Virus record (IMG/VR): IMGVR_UViG_3300044700_000691
Coordinates: 1 to 64,000 of that record
DNA length: 64,000 bases
Reading direction: 5' to 3' (one strand)
The notes under the pieces are model-generated. The model had not been told where the DNA came from. It saw only the letters and a list, made by a program, of their open reading frames with translations, and searched no databases. The stretch's first letter is position 1. Each line of letters begins with the position of its first letter. Positions 53,830-63,888 of this stretch are shown here, in pieces. The position numbers and the translations under genes are program-made.

Positions 53830-54769
53830 TAAATCCAGTTGAAATAAGGAAAAGATCTTTAACAGTGAAGCTGGAGTCCAAAAAAATTCGTGAGTCTATT
53901 TTAGATCCACACAGAGGGCAGTCTGCTTTAAGCAACTGTCTTTTGGCCTTTTGTATTTCATCCGCAAATTTTGAAATAAAGGTAAATTTCGGAATATTCC
54001 AGGTTAAACTTTCATGATTTAGAGCAGAATATGCTGAAATATCTAAAGATTCCCAATTTCCAACTAGATAAGGTACAATCTTTATAAAGGCTTTGTCTAT
54101 TTCTTGGCCAGTCGCAGTTAATTCAATTATGATTTCTCTAAGTCTATTCATAGTACCTAGAGTTGGCATATAGATATTAAATTCTGCATTCATTTTTTCA
54201 GATTTAACTGAATAGGCTCTATCTTCGCTTGAATAAAACTGTGTTAATTCATCTGGAAAATCAAATATTCTAAGCATTGAACTTTCAATTGGAAGCCTTT
54301 CAGAATATTTAGTCTCGCTACAGTTACACTCAAATCGGTGTGGCAGGTGGTTTTCACCATTTGGAAAAGTTAATTCTTGTATTTTGAAGATAATAAAGAA
54401 TCTGTCAATTTCTAAGATTTCTTTCCATGAAACAATTTCATCATCTATTCTAACCTCAGAACAGCGTTCTAAGATATAGTTTAATTGATCATCGATTGAT
54501 AACATATCAGTTTCATCGATGGTTGACCAGTGTCTAATTTCAGCAACAGTTGCTGATTTAATAGCTAGACTAAAACCGTCTACGTAAAATTTGCCTTTAC
54601 TTGGAAGATTTTCAAGTGGAATATTCTTTAACCCAAGTTCGTTAGGTTGAGAAAGTTTCGCCTTTGTTTTAGATTTTTCTTTAGTTGCAGCTTTGCCAGT
54701 ATTTACGCCTGACTTTTTATCTAGTTGGTCTAGATATTCTTGAGCCGCATTTGGATCGATTTCTTGCAT
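53816..54769 (-). CDS. T4 gp26/gp51-like baseplate hub assembly protein
   Basis: LPSKGKFY, IKSATVAE, IDRFFIIFKIQELT, CxC, CPLCG. Confidence 0.7.
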   Translation of the reverse strand: MQEIDPNAAQEYLDQLDKKSGVNTGKAATKEKSKTKAKLSQPNELGLKNIPLENLPSKGKFYVDGFSLAIKSATVAEIRHWSTIDETDMLSIDDQLNYILERCSEVRIDDEIVSWKEILEIDRFFIIFKIQELTFPNGENHLPHRFECNCSETKYSERLPIESSMLRIFDFPDELTQFYSSEDRAYSVKSEKMNAEFNIYMPTLGTMNRLREIIIELTATGQEIDKAFIKIVPYLVGNWESLDISAYSALNHESLTWNIPKFTFISKFADEIQKAKRQLLKADCPLCGSKIDSRIFLDSSFTVKDLFLISTGFSELV

Positions 54770-54789
54770 TGTATTAATACAGACCTTTT

Positions 54790-55248
54790 CTAGTCTTGTA
54801 TTAAAAACTGAATAAAGGTTTTTGTATGACTAGATGAACCTTCGTTAACTGTCATAAGGGAAGATGCGTATACTTCAACCTTTTTATTAGATTGAGAGTC
54901 TCTAATAAAAGCTCTAATTACCTGGTGTTTTCTGTCTAGTTCAAATCCCATGAAACGACCAAATACTTTAGCTGAACCGCCTTTTTGGTGTTGAGAATTT
55001 ACTTCAACTCCGCTTAGTCTTTTACCTGGTCTAAATTGATCATTGAGTTCCTGTACAAGTGCATCAAATTCAGAAGTTTCAACTTCCTGTGGAATCGATA
55101 AGTCCGCTAGTGGTAAAAGCTTAATTGTAATTCCAGGACTAAATGACGAGGTTGATGCAGAAAAGCCATAGTCACCACGGCCTTGAAATGGAATACTGCT
55201 TATAAAGCTATTCTTTTGTCCAAATGACATTACTGGTCTCATTAACAA
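54790..55248 (-). CDS. hypothetical protein, 152 aa
   Basis: ORF in late operon. Confidence 0.7.
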   Translation of the reverse strand: MLMRPVMSFGQKNSFISSIPFQGRGDYGFSASTSSFSPGITIKLLPLADLSIPQEVETSEFDALVQELNDQFRPGKRLSGVEVNSQHQKGGSAKVFGRFMGFELDRKHQVIRAFIRDSQSNKKVEVYASSLMTVNEGSSSHTKTFIQFLIQD

Positions 55249-56030
55249 TCACAATTATTTGGGTCAGCGTCAGTTTTTGTTTTAATTAATAAAACACTAA
55301 CATTAACACTAAATGCTGAGCTTGGGTTAGCCAGCGTTAAGCTATTTAAAATTTTAGTAGGATCCGCCGTATCTTCTGGTGCAAAGTACATATAGGCAGG
55401 TCCAACACTAAAGTTAGATGCGCTTGTTCCGCCATTTGCAAGAACTGAAGATATTCCACAGGTTAAGTGGTATTGATCTGGAGAAATTTCTGCGCCATCT
55501 TCATCAAGGGTAGGATAGTTTACATATACAATAATACCCTTTACATAAGCTTTATTTAGATTTAATACTTCAGTAAAAGTTAATACAGAAGCAGCTGCGG
55601 TTGCAGTCGCCTGTGCAGATAAAGTTAAGGCTGTTCCAGCAATTGCTAAAACCGTTGTTCCTGCTAAAATACCGCTTCCTGAAACTTTAGTACCAACTTT
55701 AATTAGTGGATTGGCTGCGGCTAGGGTTACTGCTGCACTATTAAGTGTAGTAGCAGCGGTTGAGGTTGTTCCTCCAAATAAACTATTTGTAAATATTGTT
55801 GCTGTTTCGCCTTGACAAATTTCCAACTCTTGTTTAGCATATGAATCGGTTGGATAAGCTAATTTGCCGAAATCACATAAATCAACTTGGCTAACATTTT
55901 TGTCTACTATTGAAAAGCAGTTATCAATAAGTCTAAGTGACTTTTTGACAGGCACTGGATCGCATAACCTAGCCATGCCAGCGTTAACTCGCTTATAGCT
56001 CGGATCACCTTTAAATTTAACGTAAGACAT
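55242..56030 (-). CDS. putative structural (fibre/decoration) protein
   Basis: KVGTKVSGSGILAGTTVLAI...LTLS..ATAT module seen in virion proteins. Confidence 0.65.
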   Translation of the reverse strand: MSYVKFKGDPSYKRVNAGMARLCDPVPVKKSLRLIDNCFSIVDKNVSQVDLCDFGKLAYPTDSYAKQELEICQGETATIFTNSLFGGTTSTAATTLNSAAVTLAAANPLIKVGTKVSGSGILAGTTVLAIAGTALTLSAQATATAAASVLTFTEVLNLNKAYVKGIIVYVNYPTLDEDGAEISPDQYHLTCGISSVLANGGTSASNFSVGPAYMYFAPEDTADPTKILNSLTLANPSSAFSVNVSVLLIKTKTDADPNNCDC

Positions 56031-56063
56031 TAGCAGTCGTTCTTTTTATTATTTACCTCCAAA

Positions 56064-56819
56064 TTATTGGGTAATTCCTCTAGAGAGTCTTTCATCTGCG
56101 GAGAGTCTTCGGGTATCTCTATCTGGAATTTCCAGTAAATCAATATGCCTAGGTTTAGTTAAGTCAACTTCAATTGGTCCAGTAGATTTCACTGATTCTG
56201 GCTGAGTCTCCTTTTTAACCTTAGGCGTTTTAATTGGTTTCGGTGATTCTATTTTAGGTTCATCTGTGTGTTCGTATGCACCGCTGTTTCCAATTTGAAA
56301 ATCATCACTAACTTGAGGAATGACAGATTCAGGTAAATCTGATATTTTAGGTTCTTCTGCCAAAATTTCTGGTTCAGCCTTAGGCTCTTCTGGTTTAATA
56401 TAGTCAACCAGAGATTTAATAAAACCTAACGCGACAATTGGTAAAACTGCGCCTGAAATAATCGCAAGGATACGCTTTTGATAAATTAGGTCCTCTTCTT
56501 GAAGGCCAAACAGTTCAACCCAACCTGTAAAATTTTCTAGGTGTGAAAATGCATAATAGGTATTTCCCATTGCCTGCATAGCAGTTAAAAGTATAAAAAG
56601 TCCCCAAACAATACCCTTATTCATTTTATCTAAAACAATAATAGATGCTAAGGAAGCTGCTGCTCCGACTTCAAATCCAATTGCTAGAGAAATGGCTAGC
56701 CACGTTGGATTAGACAATTTAAAAAAGTCTACTACGTGGATTGTTGAAATAATTGATACTAGGAGATATAGAGTAACAAAAGAACCAATTATAAAGTAAT
56801 GGGCTGCTCTAGATTTCAT
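56064..56819 (-). CDS. multi-pass (4 TM) membrane protein with Pro/Glu/Lys-rich tail
   Basis: four hydrophobic segments. Confidence 0.8.
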   Translation of the reverse strand: MKSRAAHYFIIGSFVTLYLLVSIISTIHVVDFFKLSNPTWLAISLAIGFEVGAAASLASIIVLDKMNKGIVWGLFILLTAMQAMGNTYYAFSHLENFTGWVELFGLQEEDLIYQKRILAIISGAVLPIVALGFIKSLVDYIKPEEPKAEPEILAEEPKISDLPESVIPQVSDDFQIGNSGAYEHTDEPKIESPKPIKTPKVKKETQPESVKSTGPIEVDLTKPRHIDLLEIPDRDTRRLSADERLSRGITQ

Positions 56820-57094
56820 TATTGTGCTCCAAGTTTTTTTAATTCAACATCAATTTCAGATTGACGCTGAACATCTAGCATTTTACGATCGGTTGCTTGA
56901 ATCATTCGTTTTTCTGCTTTAAGACCCTCTATTTCAAGGTCCTTTTTTGTTGCTATCGAATCTAGAGTTGTTAATTGTTTCTTTATTTTAACAACCTCGC
57001 GATCTACACCGCAAGATTTCATATAGGTTAAAATTAATAAGAATATTACTACCTTTAATCCGTGTTTCTGTAAAAATTGTTCTACTTTGTTCAT
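56819..57094 (-). CDS. small lipoprotein-like coiled-coil protein
   Basis: hydrophobic stretch ending YMKSC, then coiled coil. Confidence 0.65.
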   Translation of the reverse strand: MNKVEQFLQKHGLKVVIFLLILTYMKSCGVDREVVKIKKQLTTLDSIATKKDLEIEGLKAEKRMIQATDRKMLDVQRQSEIDVELKKLGAQ

Positions 57095-57120
57095 AATTTA
57101 ATATTATTTGATACTGTTAT

Positions 57121-57618
57121 TTATTTGGCATTTAACATGTTCCAAACATATGCCCAATCCACTAGACTACCTGCTGGCAGTACAAACTGCATAATTATAA
57201 ATGCGGCAATTAGCGGATACGCTATTACATAAAAAAATCTTTCAAGATTAATTTCCTTAAACTCAAAATCCATCCATATTAAATATGCATAGACCTCTGG
57301 CGTTTTAATTCTCCTAAAGCCGGTTTTAACAAAATCGATAATTCCCAATTTTGTAATTGGGTCATTATAATCGGCAAGCGATTCTTTAACCTGGTTTATT
57401 TCAAATCCAAGCAAATCATCCGTATTCAATAAGACCTCAGGTTGAAGATTTTTAACATAGTATAGTCGACCAAAGCTAGTTCGTCTTAAGTTAAGCTTTT
57501 GAAGGTCGCCGGCTGCTTCTAATTCGGTAATTATCCCAAGATATTTTCTAAATAGGGCTAATTCTTTGATTAGCGCAACTAGTTTCTTAATAAAGACTAT
57601 TGGATTTACGTATTTCAT
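57121..57618 (-). CDS. hypothetical protein with C-terminal TM
   Basis: ORF; hydrophobic C-terminus. Confidence 0.7.
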   Translation of the reverse strand: MKYVNPIVFIKKLVALIKELALFRKYLGIITELEAAGDLQKLNLRRTSFGRLYYVKNLQPEVLLNTDDLLGFEINQVKESLADYNDPITKLGIIDFVKTGFRRIKTPEVYAYLIWMDFEFKEINLERFFYVIAYPLIAAFIIMQFVLPAGSLVDWAYVWNMLNAK

Positions 57619-58262
57619 TAAAAAAGATCCTTTATTTTTTCGACTAGTTCCGGATTAGTTTCCAAAACCGAGTCTTTTAGTATTTTACGAGCTTTTCGTA
57701 TTTTAGTTTTAACTGTATTAAGGTTCATATCGTATTTGTTTGCGATATCAGCGCCTTTCATTTTATTTAGTTCCTTATCAATTAGGATAGATTTTTCCAA
57801 AGACTCTGGCATTTCTTCAATTGCAAGCATAGTTGCAGTGTATAAGTTTTCCAAAGAATACTCCTTTTCTAAATTATCTCGACTATCATCAACTAAAAAC
57901 AGAGAATTTCCAATTAAATCAATATCAGTAGTCGTGTGCTGCTTAAGTTTATGCAAATGTAATAGTGATTCATTTCGCGCAATAGTATAGATCCAAGTAG
58001 TAAATCTGTATTTTGGATTGTAACTATCAAGCGACTTAAATATCTTAAAGAACGTATTGTGTAGAGCCTCTTCAGTTTCGTCCTTATCTTTAAAGAACTT
58101 CCAAATAAAGTATTTAAGTTTCGGTTCCATAATACGAACCAATCGGTTCCGGTCCCTTTCGGAGAAAGTTTTTGCTAAAATTGCCTCAGCTAACTGTTGC
58201 ATTTCATCGTTAAGTCGACGGTTTAAATCTTCGTAACCCGTTAGCTTTTTGTTTATTGCCAT
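57618..58262 (-). CDS. ECF-type sigma-70 factor
   Basis: ETEEALHNTFFKIFKSLDSY...FTTWIYTIARN; region 4 IANKYDMNLNTVKTKIRKARK. Confidence 0.88.
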   Translation of the reverse strand: MAINKKLTGYEDLNRRLNDEMQQLAEAILAKTFSERDRNRLVRIMEPKLKYFIWKFFKDKDETEEALHNTFFKIFKSLDSYNPKYRFTTWIYTIARNESLLHLHKLKQHTTTDIDLIGNSLFLVDDSRDNLEKEYSLENLYTATMLAIEEMPESLEKSILIDKELNKMKGADIANKYDMNLNTVKTKIRKARKILKDSVLETNPELVEKIKDLF

Positions 58263-58304
58263 AAAAGTGTTTTTCTAGATAGTGTTATTGTGTACTAGGT
58301 TAAT

Positions 58305-59006
58305 TTACCAATTAATTTTATTTGTGGTCTTCCATTTCTCATATCTTTCTGTAATTTCTATTAAAATTTTATTACGAACGATATCTGAGTCTCCAAATGT
58401 GTGAATTCCCATTCCTTTAATACCATTCATCATTTCAATAAATTTAGGAAGTGCCACTTTGTCTCTTGATATGTCATATTGACTTACATCTCCGCAAATT
58501 AATACCTTTGAATTTTTTCCCATTCTGGTAATAAACAGCATCAACTGTCTAAAATCTGCATTTTGTGCTTCATCTAATACCATTAGACAATTGTCAAATG
58601 TTGCTCCTCGCATATATGCCATTGGTCTAAATTCAATAAGACCATCACCTTCTAATTTAACTAAGTTATCCCAGCCAATAATTTTTTCAAAGTTAGTTCG
58701 ATAACTTTCCATAAATGGATCGATTTTCTCTTTAATATCTCCTGGCAAAAATCCAAGCTTTTCTCCAGATTCCTGAATTGGTTTGGATAAAATTATTTTC
58801 TGTATTTTGTCTTCTGTGTGTAATTTCATAGAAGCATAACATGCTACAAACGTTTTACTTGTTCCAGCTGGTCCATAACATAAAGTTATATCATTATTTA
58901 GAATAGTATCAAGATAGTCTTTTTGTGAAGGCTTTAATGAAACCTGTTTTAGCAAGTCTGGAATCGACTGTGCAGCAGTACCTCTTCTTTTTGTGGATCT
59001 TTGCAT
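58305..59006 (-). CDS. phoH: PhoH-family ATPase
   Basis: GPAGTSKT, LGFLPGD, AYMRGATF, LDEAQN, GDVSQ.D, DIVR. Confidence 0.93.
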   Translation of the reverse strand: MQRSTKRRGTAAQSIPDLLKQVSLKPSQKDYLDTILNNDITLCYGPAGTSKTFVACYASMKLHTEDKIQKIILSKPIQESGEKLGFLPGDIKEKIDPFMESYRTNFEKIIGWDNLVKLEGDGLIEFRPMAYMRGATFDNCLMVLDEAQNADFRQLMLFITRMGKNSKVLICGDVSQYDISRDKVALPKFIEMMNGIKGMGIHTFGDSDIVRNKILIEITERYEKWKTTNKINW

Positions 59007-59272
59007 TAGTTAATGTTATTTTTAATTTGCTCAATTAGTGACATACAAGTATGACACATTTCGTAATCTTCGAGTTCTTCGAAGTGTTTTTTTGCTTTTT
59101 CAATTGCATCTTCCCATCCATCTCTTAACACAAATGCATCAATTTCGGATTCGGCAACTTTAACATTTGGCAATTCAGCAACATCAGTATTCTTCTCTAT
59201 TGCTAGTTGAATTGCTGAGACAGTTCTTCTAAAAATAACATCTCTATCTCGAGTTAAGTCAAAATTAATCAT
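59006..59272 (-). CDS. small protein with UVR-like motif
   Basis: FEELEDYEMC. Confidence 0.7.
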   Translation of the reverse strand: MINFDLTRDRDVIFRRTVSAIQLAIEKNTDVAELPNVKVAESEIDAFVLRDGWEDAIEKAKKHFEELEDYEMCHTCMSLIEQIKNNIN

Positions 59273-59278
59273 TCTCCA

Positions 59279-61237
59279 CTAGTTTTTTTGATCTCCATAA
59301 AATCCAGACAAAGTCTGCTTATATGAATCTAAGTAATTTGCATCGAACACTTGTCTTTGTCCTGGTTTTTTCATTTGTGGCGTATCGTTTAGATAACCTA
59401 CTAAATCTGATGTAATCTTGGATGAGCCGTCTCCCTGAATTGAATTTAAAATTGTTTCAGTTACGGCCTTTTTATATTCTTCACTAGTTCTATCCCAAAC
59501 CTCTGTACCTAACTCTAAAAAGCTTGGAGAGTCAAAAAACGCCGCCGAGTTGACGCAAGTCATTGCTAAGTCGTCATTACCGCTTTGGCTTCGGTATGTA
59601 CCATTGGTTGATCTACCAAATGAACCAAGTTCCATTACGGTTTTACTTTCGTTTGGCAAAATCTTATTTACGTTAACATGATACTTAAATCTTTCGCAGA
59701 ATTTAATTTTATTAGTAACACTTAATTTAAGACCTGGTTTAAGTAGTTTAGTTGCTTCAGTATGTTTAGAGTGGATTAACTGGCCCGGCCAATACTGTTC
59801 GTTGCTTGAGATCTTATCCAAAATAAAGTCCCCCTTGTGGTTTAATTCTATTAGGACTTTAATATTTTCAAAATTAAATAGTCTGTAAACTAAATATTCT
59901 AATACTTGAGCATATTCATTAATTGTTTGTCGATTACTTCTCCAAGTTGCAACCTGTACAAGAGAAATACAGTCTAATTCAGATTTAATTAGATTTTTAA
60001 TTGGCTCTAGCGTTTTTATTGGAAGGGCTACTGCTTTAAAAATATTAATAACTGAAAAGTCTTTGCCTGTTCCATCTGCAGTATCGACTGAAAATACATA
60101 TTGATCTGGAGAATTTCTAAAGTCCTGTTCGTCCCAATCCTTTAGGTTAGGGTGAACTGTAAAATTACCTTCCATTAAGGCAAGTACTTCTGGATCCCAA
60201 TTGATTTTAAGAGGTTCTTCGTATTTGGTTGCAATACTAAATATTTTCTTAAGATCCTTTGACGATAATAGTAATCTATCTGAAGAAAAGAATTGCAATC
60301 CATATTCCTGGTTAAAATCTTCTTCTGATCCCATGTTTGCAATAGTTTCAGCTTTCCATTTATCATCTCTGCCTGGAACTTGCCACCAGTCAACTCTAAG
60401 TGGAGCATAGGTATTTAGTCCATTTAGTGCATCCATATAGATTTCATAGAATCTGTTCATTCCATTTGGAGTTGATGTAATAATAATCTTGGATGTAGTT
60501 GATGCAGAAATAGTAGGGTAAATTGCTCGATAAAAGAAATCTAGGTAAGCTGGCGAAATATGCGCAAACTCATCAATGTATAGTAGGTGAATGGTAAAAC
60601 CAATACCTGTATTTTTAGTGGTGGTACGTCCAATTAATCTACAGCCATTATCGAACTTCATCGACATAACGTTATTTGAAATACAGCCGGGTTTTAGGAA
60701 AAATGGCAGATTTTCAAAAATAGATTTGATTTTATCAACAACCTCTTTGGTGGTTGACGCAATATTGGCAACAGCTAATACGTTTTTATCAGTATGGAAA
60801 ATAAGATACCATGCAACAAACACGCCAGACATTACAGTTTTACCAATTTGGCGGCTTGCCATTAAGATATTAAATCGACTTGCGCCAAATCCTCTAATAA
60901 TTTCCTCTTGGTAATCACGTAAGATAATTTGTTCAACACCATATTCAGTTAAAACCTGAGCATACTTATTTGCAAAGTAGACAACGTCAGATTTACACTT
61001 TTTTATCTCTTCGAGTTCTTCTGGAGAATATTCAAATACTAAGTTTGGTTTTTTCCAAGCGGGATCATTGTCTTTAAATGGCGAGTTTTTGATAGTTTTA
61101 ATATCAATTAAACCATTTTCAAAATCAGCTAGTAACTGATCAATCTTTTTAGTAGTCCAAACTGAACTATTTTCAGTGTCATCTAGTTTAGATAGTTGTA
61201 CGCTGGTTCGACCGCCCGATGCTATAAAGTCTTTCAT
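59279..61237 (-). CDS. terL: terminase large subunit (T4 gp17-like)
   Basis: LRDYQ, ASRQIGKT, LLYIDEFAH, TSTPNG, FNQEY, VDTADG.G.D, DDLAM. Confidence 0.95.
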   Translation of the reverse strand: MKDFIASGGRTSVQLSKLDDTENSSVWTTKKIDQLLADFENGLIDIKTIKNSPFKDNDPAWKKPNLVFEYSPEELEEIKKCKSDVVYFANKYAQVLTEYGVEQIILRDYQEEIIRGFGASRFNILMASRQIGKTVMSGVFVAWYLIFHTDKNVLAVANIASTTKEVVDKIKSIFENLPFFLKPGCISNNVMSMKFDNGCRLIGRTTTKNTGIGFTIHLLYIDEFAHISPAYLDFFYRAIYPTISASTTSKIIITSTPNGMNRFYEIYMDALNGLNTYAPLRVDWWQVPGRDDKWKAETIANMGSEEDFNQEYGLQFFSSDRLLLSSKDLKKIFSIATKYEEPLKINWDPEVLALMEGNFTVHPNLKDWDEQDFRNSPDQYVFSVDTADGTGKDFSVINIFKAVALPIKTLEPIKNLIKSELDCISLVQVATWRSNRQTINEYAQVLEYLVYRLFNFENIKVLIELNHKGDFILDKISSNEQYWPGQLIHSKHTEATKLLKPGLKLSVTNKIKFCERFKYHVNVNKILPNESKTVMELGSFGRSTNGTYRSQSGNDDLAMTCVNSAAFFDSPSFLELGTEVWDRTSEEYKKAVTETILNSIQGDGSSKITSDLVGYLNDTPQMKKPGQRQVFDANYLDSYKQTLSGFYGDQKN

Positions 61238-61239
61238 AC

Positions 61240-61965
61240 TTAAATAATTTCAAAAATGGTTGAGTTTAGATCTTCATCATCTTCATCACGTTGAATTAAA
61301 TGTTCCAATCCGCGCTCAGTCATTAGCGAATTTTTTTCGTTTGGATTAGTTAACCTATTATCAAACTCTTGATCACTCCTTTCTCCTTGAATTTCTTTCA
61401 TAATATTCTTGGTTCCAGCTGTGACATAATATTCGCCAGCTTTAATTGCATTTACTGAAGAGGCTGGAAGACCTGCTTGGTCTCCTCTTGAATCAACTTC
61501 GCTACGCATTTTCCTGTACGTATCCTCTAGGAAAAGCATATAGTTGGCTTGAGTTTTAGTAACCATAGTAAGACGATCCTGTAATTGAGACATTACTTCA
61601 AATAAACGCGGATGTGCTGCACCCTGGTTTATTTCTTCCATAATTCTTTCAATTGCCATCTTAATAGTTTTATGCTGAAAGAACATAGTCTCGATATTCA
61701 TATTATCGAGGTCTTTCTTTTGTTTTAGGTAATCATGTTGAGTAATTAAACCTAAGTCTACATAAAATTTAAATAGGGAATCTGTGATCTCAAGAGCTTT
61801 AGTCTTGAAGCCTGAACTCATTTCTTCAAAATCAATTGGTGGATTTTGTTCAAGTTCGTTAAAACGATCGTCGACTATATCATTTTCTGAAGTATCTCCA
61901 GAATATGAGCTCAAAAAGCTTTCGAGTTCGTTTTTTATTTGTGTTTTCTTCTCTTTGCTGATCAC
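61240..61965 (-). CDS. terS: terminase small subunit candidate (T4 gp16-like)
   Basis: immediately upstream of terL; HPRLFEVMSQL and AGTKNIM resemble gp16 motifs. Confidence 0.65.
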   Translation of the reverse strand: MISKEKKTQIKNELESFLSSYSGDTSENDIVDDRFNELEQNPPIDFEEMSSGFKTKALEITDSLFKFYVDLGLITQHDYLKQKKDLDNMNIETMFFQHKTIKMAIERIMEEINQGAAHPRLFEVMSQLQDRLTMVTKTQANYMLFLEDTYRKMRSEVDSRGDQAGLPASSVNAIKAGEYYVTAGTKNIMKEIQGERSDQEFDNRLTNPNEKNSLMTERGLEHLIQRDEDDEDLNSTIFEII

Positions 61966-61972
61966 TGGACTT

Positions 61973-62218
61973 TTAGTTTAGTTTTGTCGTGTTCTTATCC
62001 AGGGCTGGGTTAGCAAATATTTTTATTTTTTTGACCGCTTCAATATTGTTAAAAACTATTGCATCTAGTTTTAATAAAAATCTATCCATAAAGGCAGACA
62101 CTCCAAGCATATATGGAGATACTGTTTTTTCAATAATCTTATCTTTATATGAAAACCCTAAATATAGGCGATTTTCTTTTCTCTCAATGGATTTTCTAAA
62201 AATTGAATCTCTATGCAT
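61973..62218 (-). CDS. hypothetical protein, 81 aa
   Basis: ORF between the baseplate and terminase genes. Confidence 0.65.
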   Translation of the reverse strand: MHRDSIFRKSIERKENRLYLGFSYKDKIIEKTVSPYMLGVSAFMDRFLLKLDAIVFNNIEAVKKIKIFANPALDKNTTKLN

Positions 62219-62220
62219 AG

Positions 62221-63888
62221 TTAGTTTAATCTTGTTTCATCTCTAAAGAAGATGTTAATTGCACAAAGTTTATCATCTGACATTCCAGATTCATAAACGT
62301 TGCCAGTTTTATCCCTAAAACCGCCTCTAATAATTGCAAACTCATTTGGCTTAATAATAATATCATTAAATGAATCTAGTCCATCCAGTGGCGCATTTAC
62401 CATATTTGGATTGTTAATTGCAGATGCCTCATTAGCTTCACCGATAATTTGAATACTAACTGAATCGACTCCGCTAATTCCCTCTACTAGTTTAATTAAA
62501 TCACTTTTTGGAATACGATCTTTACGCGTGTTATTAACAAAATAGGATCCTATTTGTTCAACGATTTGACCTTTAATTGAATCTTTATCGTAATCCGCAA
62601 ATGTAACCAAGCTAATATTTAAAGCATATTTCTTTGGAATTGGATCTAGTAGTCTAACTGTGGTTGATATAAGTTCGGTTCCAGATTTTTTAATATATTT
62701 TAATAATTCTGTTTTTTGGAATGCAGTTAACTTAAATCGATCCTCGATTAGGTTAAAGTAGTCAACTCCACGTGCAAATATTTTAGTAATATCTGGTACT
62801 AAGAATATATTAATTACCCGATTGTCATCAGGATCTAGCGTAACCCTAACCGAAGAAAACATTTGTAGTTTTCTCATTAGGACTTCATAATTATCAACAT
62901 TAACCAGTGCAAAGTTTTTACTTGCCTTTGGCGCAAGCAGTCTAGTTAAAGCTAGTGACTCTGGATCTGTTCCAAAATTTGGCGAATTTACACAGCTTAC
63001 TGTTACCATATCAGTAAGAGTTACCTCTTCACCTATTGTGTTTAGTGCAGTATCAGTAAATGTAAAAATTAATTCAGATAAGGCATCTGTAACAATATTA
63101 CCAACTGCACCTTCTGTTATTAAATATTCAACAATAATTTCAGCTCCAGTTGGTGGAATTTTTCCAAATGAACCATTTCCAAAATAGATATCAAGACCAT
63201 TAGTAATACCAGTTTTGCAAACATAACAGTTACCATTTCTTGGAATATCTAGCATTGATTGGTAATTTTCCCAGCGCTCTCCATTAACATAGACGTTAAC
63301 TAGGAACTGGTCAATTAAAAAGTTATTTGGATATCCTAACTGTAAACTTTGAAAAGCTTCTCCAGTACTACCAAAGGTTTGTTGCTGAAGTCTACCCTGT
63401 CTAATTGTAAAGTTTAAGCCAGTCGTACCTTTCATATCTAATCGAGCTTCGTCTCCTGGCATTTCCACTACATAATTTAATCCATTGTTTTCACAATTAA
63501 GATTCATGTATTTTGTAAAAATTAATCTATTGCCTGGAATTTTAGTAAAGTCTACTTTTAAACTTGGCTTAACCTGAATCGTGCCGACTGCTGATAGAGC
63601 TCGGCTGGGATTGTGTCCAGATAGTGAAGCTAGTGAATAGACTGAAGATGGGCGGTTTGCCTCATAAATATTAAGTTCAGTAATCGAGTCTTCTATATAG
63701 AATAAAATCAGCTCAGTTAAGTTATGTAAAACTATCAAAAGCTGACCAAACGGGGAAGCTAACGTAAAAATGTCGCCGCTCGTTTTAAATTTCTGTTGTA
63801 GAAACTGCACAGACTCCCTGTATAGTTCGGTAGCATTTGTGCTTAGCCCTTTAAAAAGCTTGTATGTTGGTGAAAGTGTTTCAGCCAT
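62221..63888 (-). CDS. baseplate wedge subunit (T4 gp6-like)
   Basis: A...SSVYSLA...GH.P, IYFGNG.FGKIP..GA.I.VEYL.T.G..GN, G.DPES. Confidence 0.85.
   Translation of the reverse strand: MAETLSPTYKLFKGLSTNATELYRESVQFLQQKFKTSGDIFTLASPFGQLLIVLHNLTELILFYIEDSITELNIYEANRPSSVYSLASLSGHNPSRALSAVGTIQVKPSLKVDFTKIPGNRLIFTKYMNLNCENNGLNYVVEMPGDEARLDMKGTTGLNFTIRQGRLQQQTFGSTGEAFQSLQLGYPNNFLIDQFLVNVYVNGERWENYQSMLDIPRNGNCYVCKTGITNGLDIYFGNGSFGKIPPTGAEIIVEYLITEGAVGNIVTDALSELIFTFTDTALNTIGEEVTLTDMVTVSCVNSPNFGTDPESLALTRLLAPKASKNFALVNVDNYEVLMRKLQMFSSVRVTLDPDDNRVINIFLVPDITKIFARGVDYFNLIEDRFKLTAFQKTELLKYIKKSGTELISTTVRLLDPIPKKYALNISLVTFADYDKDSIKGQIVEQIGSYFVNNTRKDRIPKSDLIKLVEGISGVDSVSIQIIGEANEASAINNPNMVNAPLDGLDSFNDIIIKPNEFAIIRGGFRDKTGNVYESGMSDDKLCAINIFFRDETRLN

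Noticed and set aside
59279-61237. Intein or intron in the terminase
   Set aside because: The ORF is continuous and of normal size, with no splice-junction or homing-endonuclease motifs seen.
2559-62246. Numerous short antisense or alternate-frame ORFs in the track (e.g. 5069, 41837, 44853, 45483, 60591)
   Set aside because: They are shadows of well-supported genes, mostly on the opposite strand, with no promoters or motifs.
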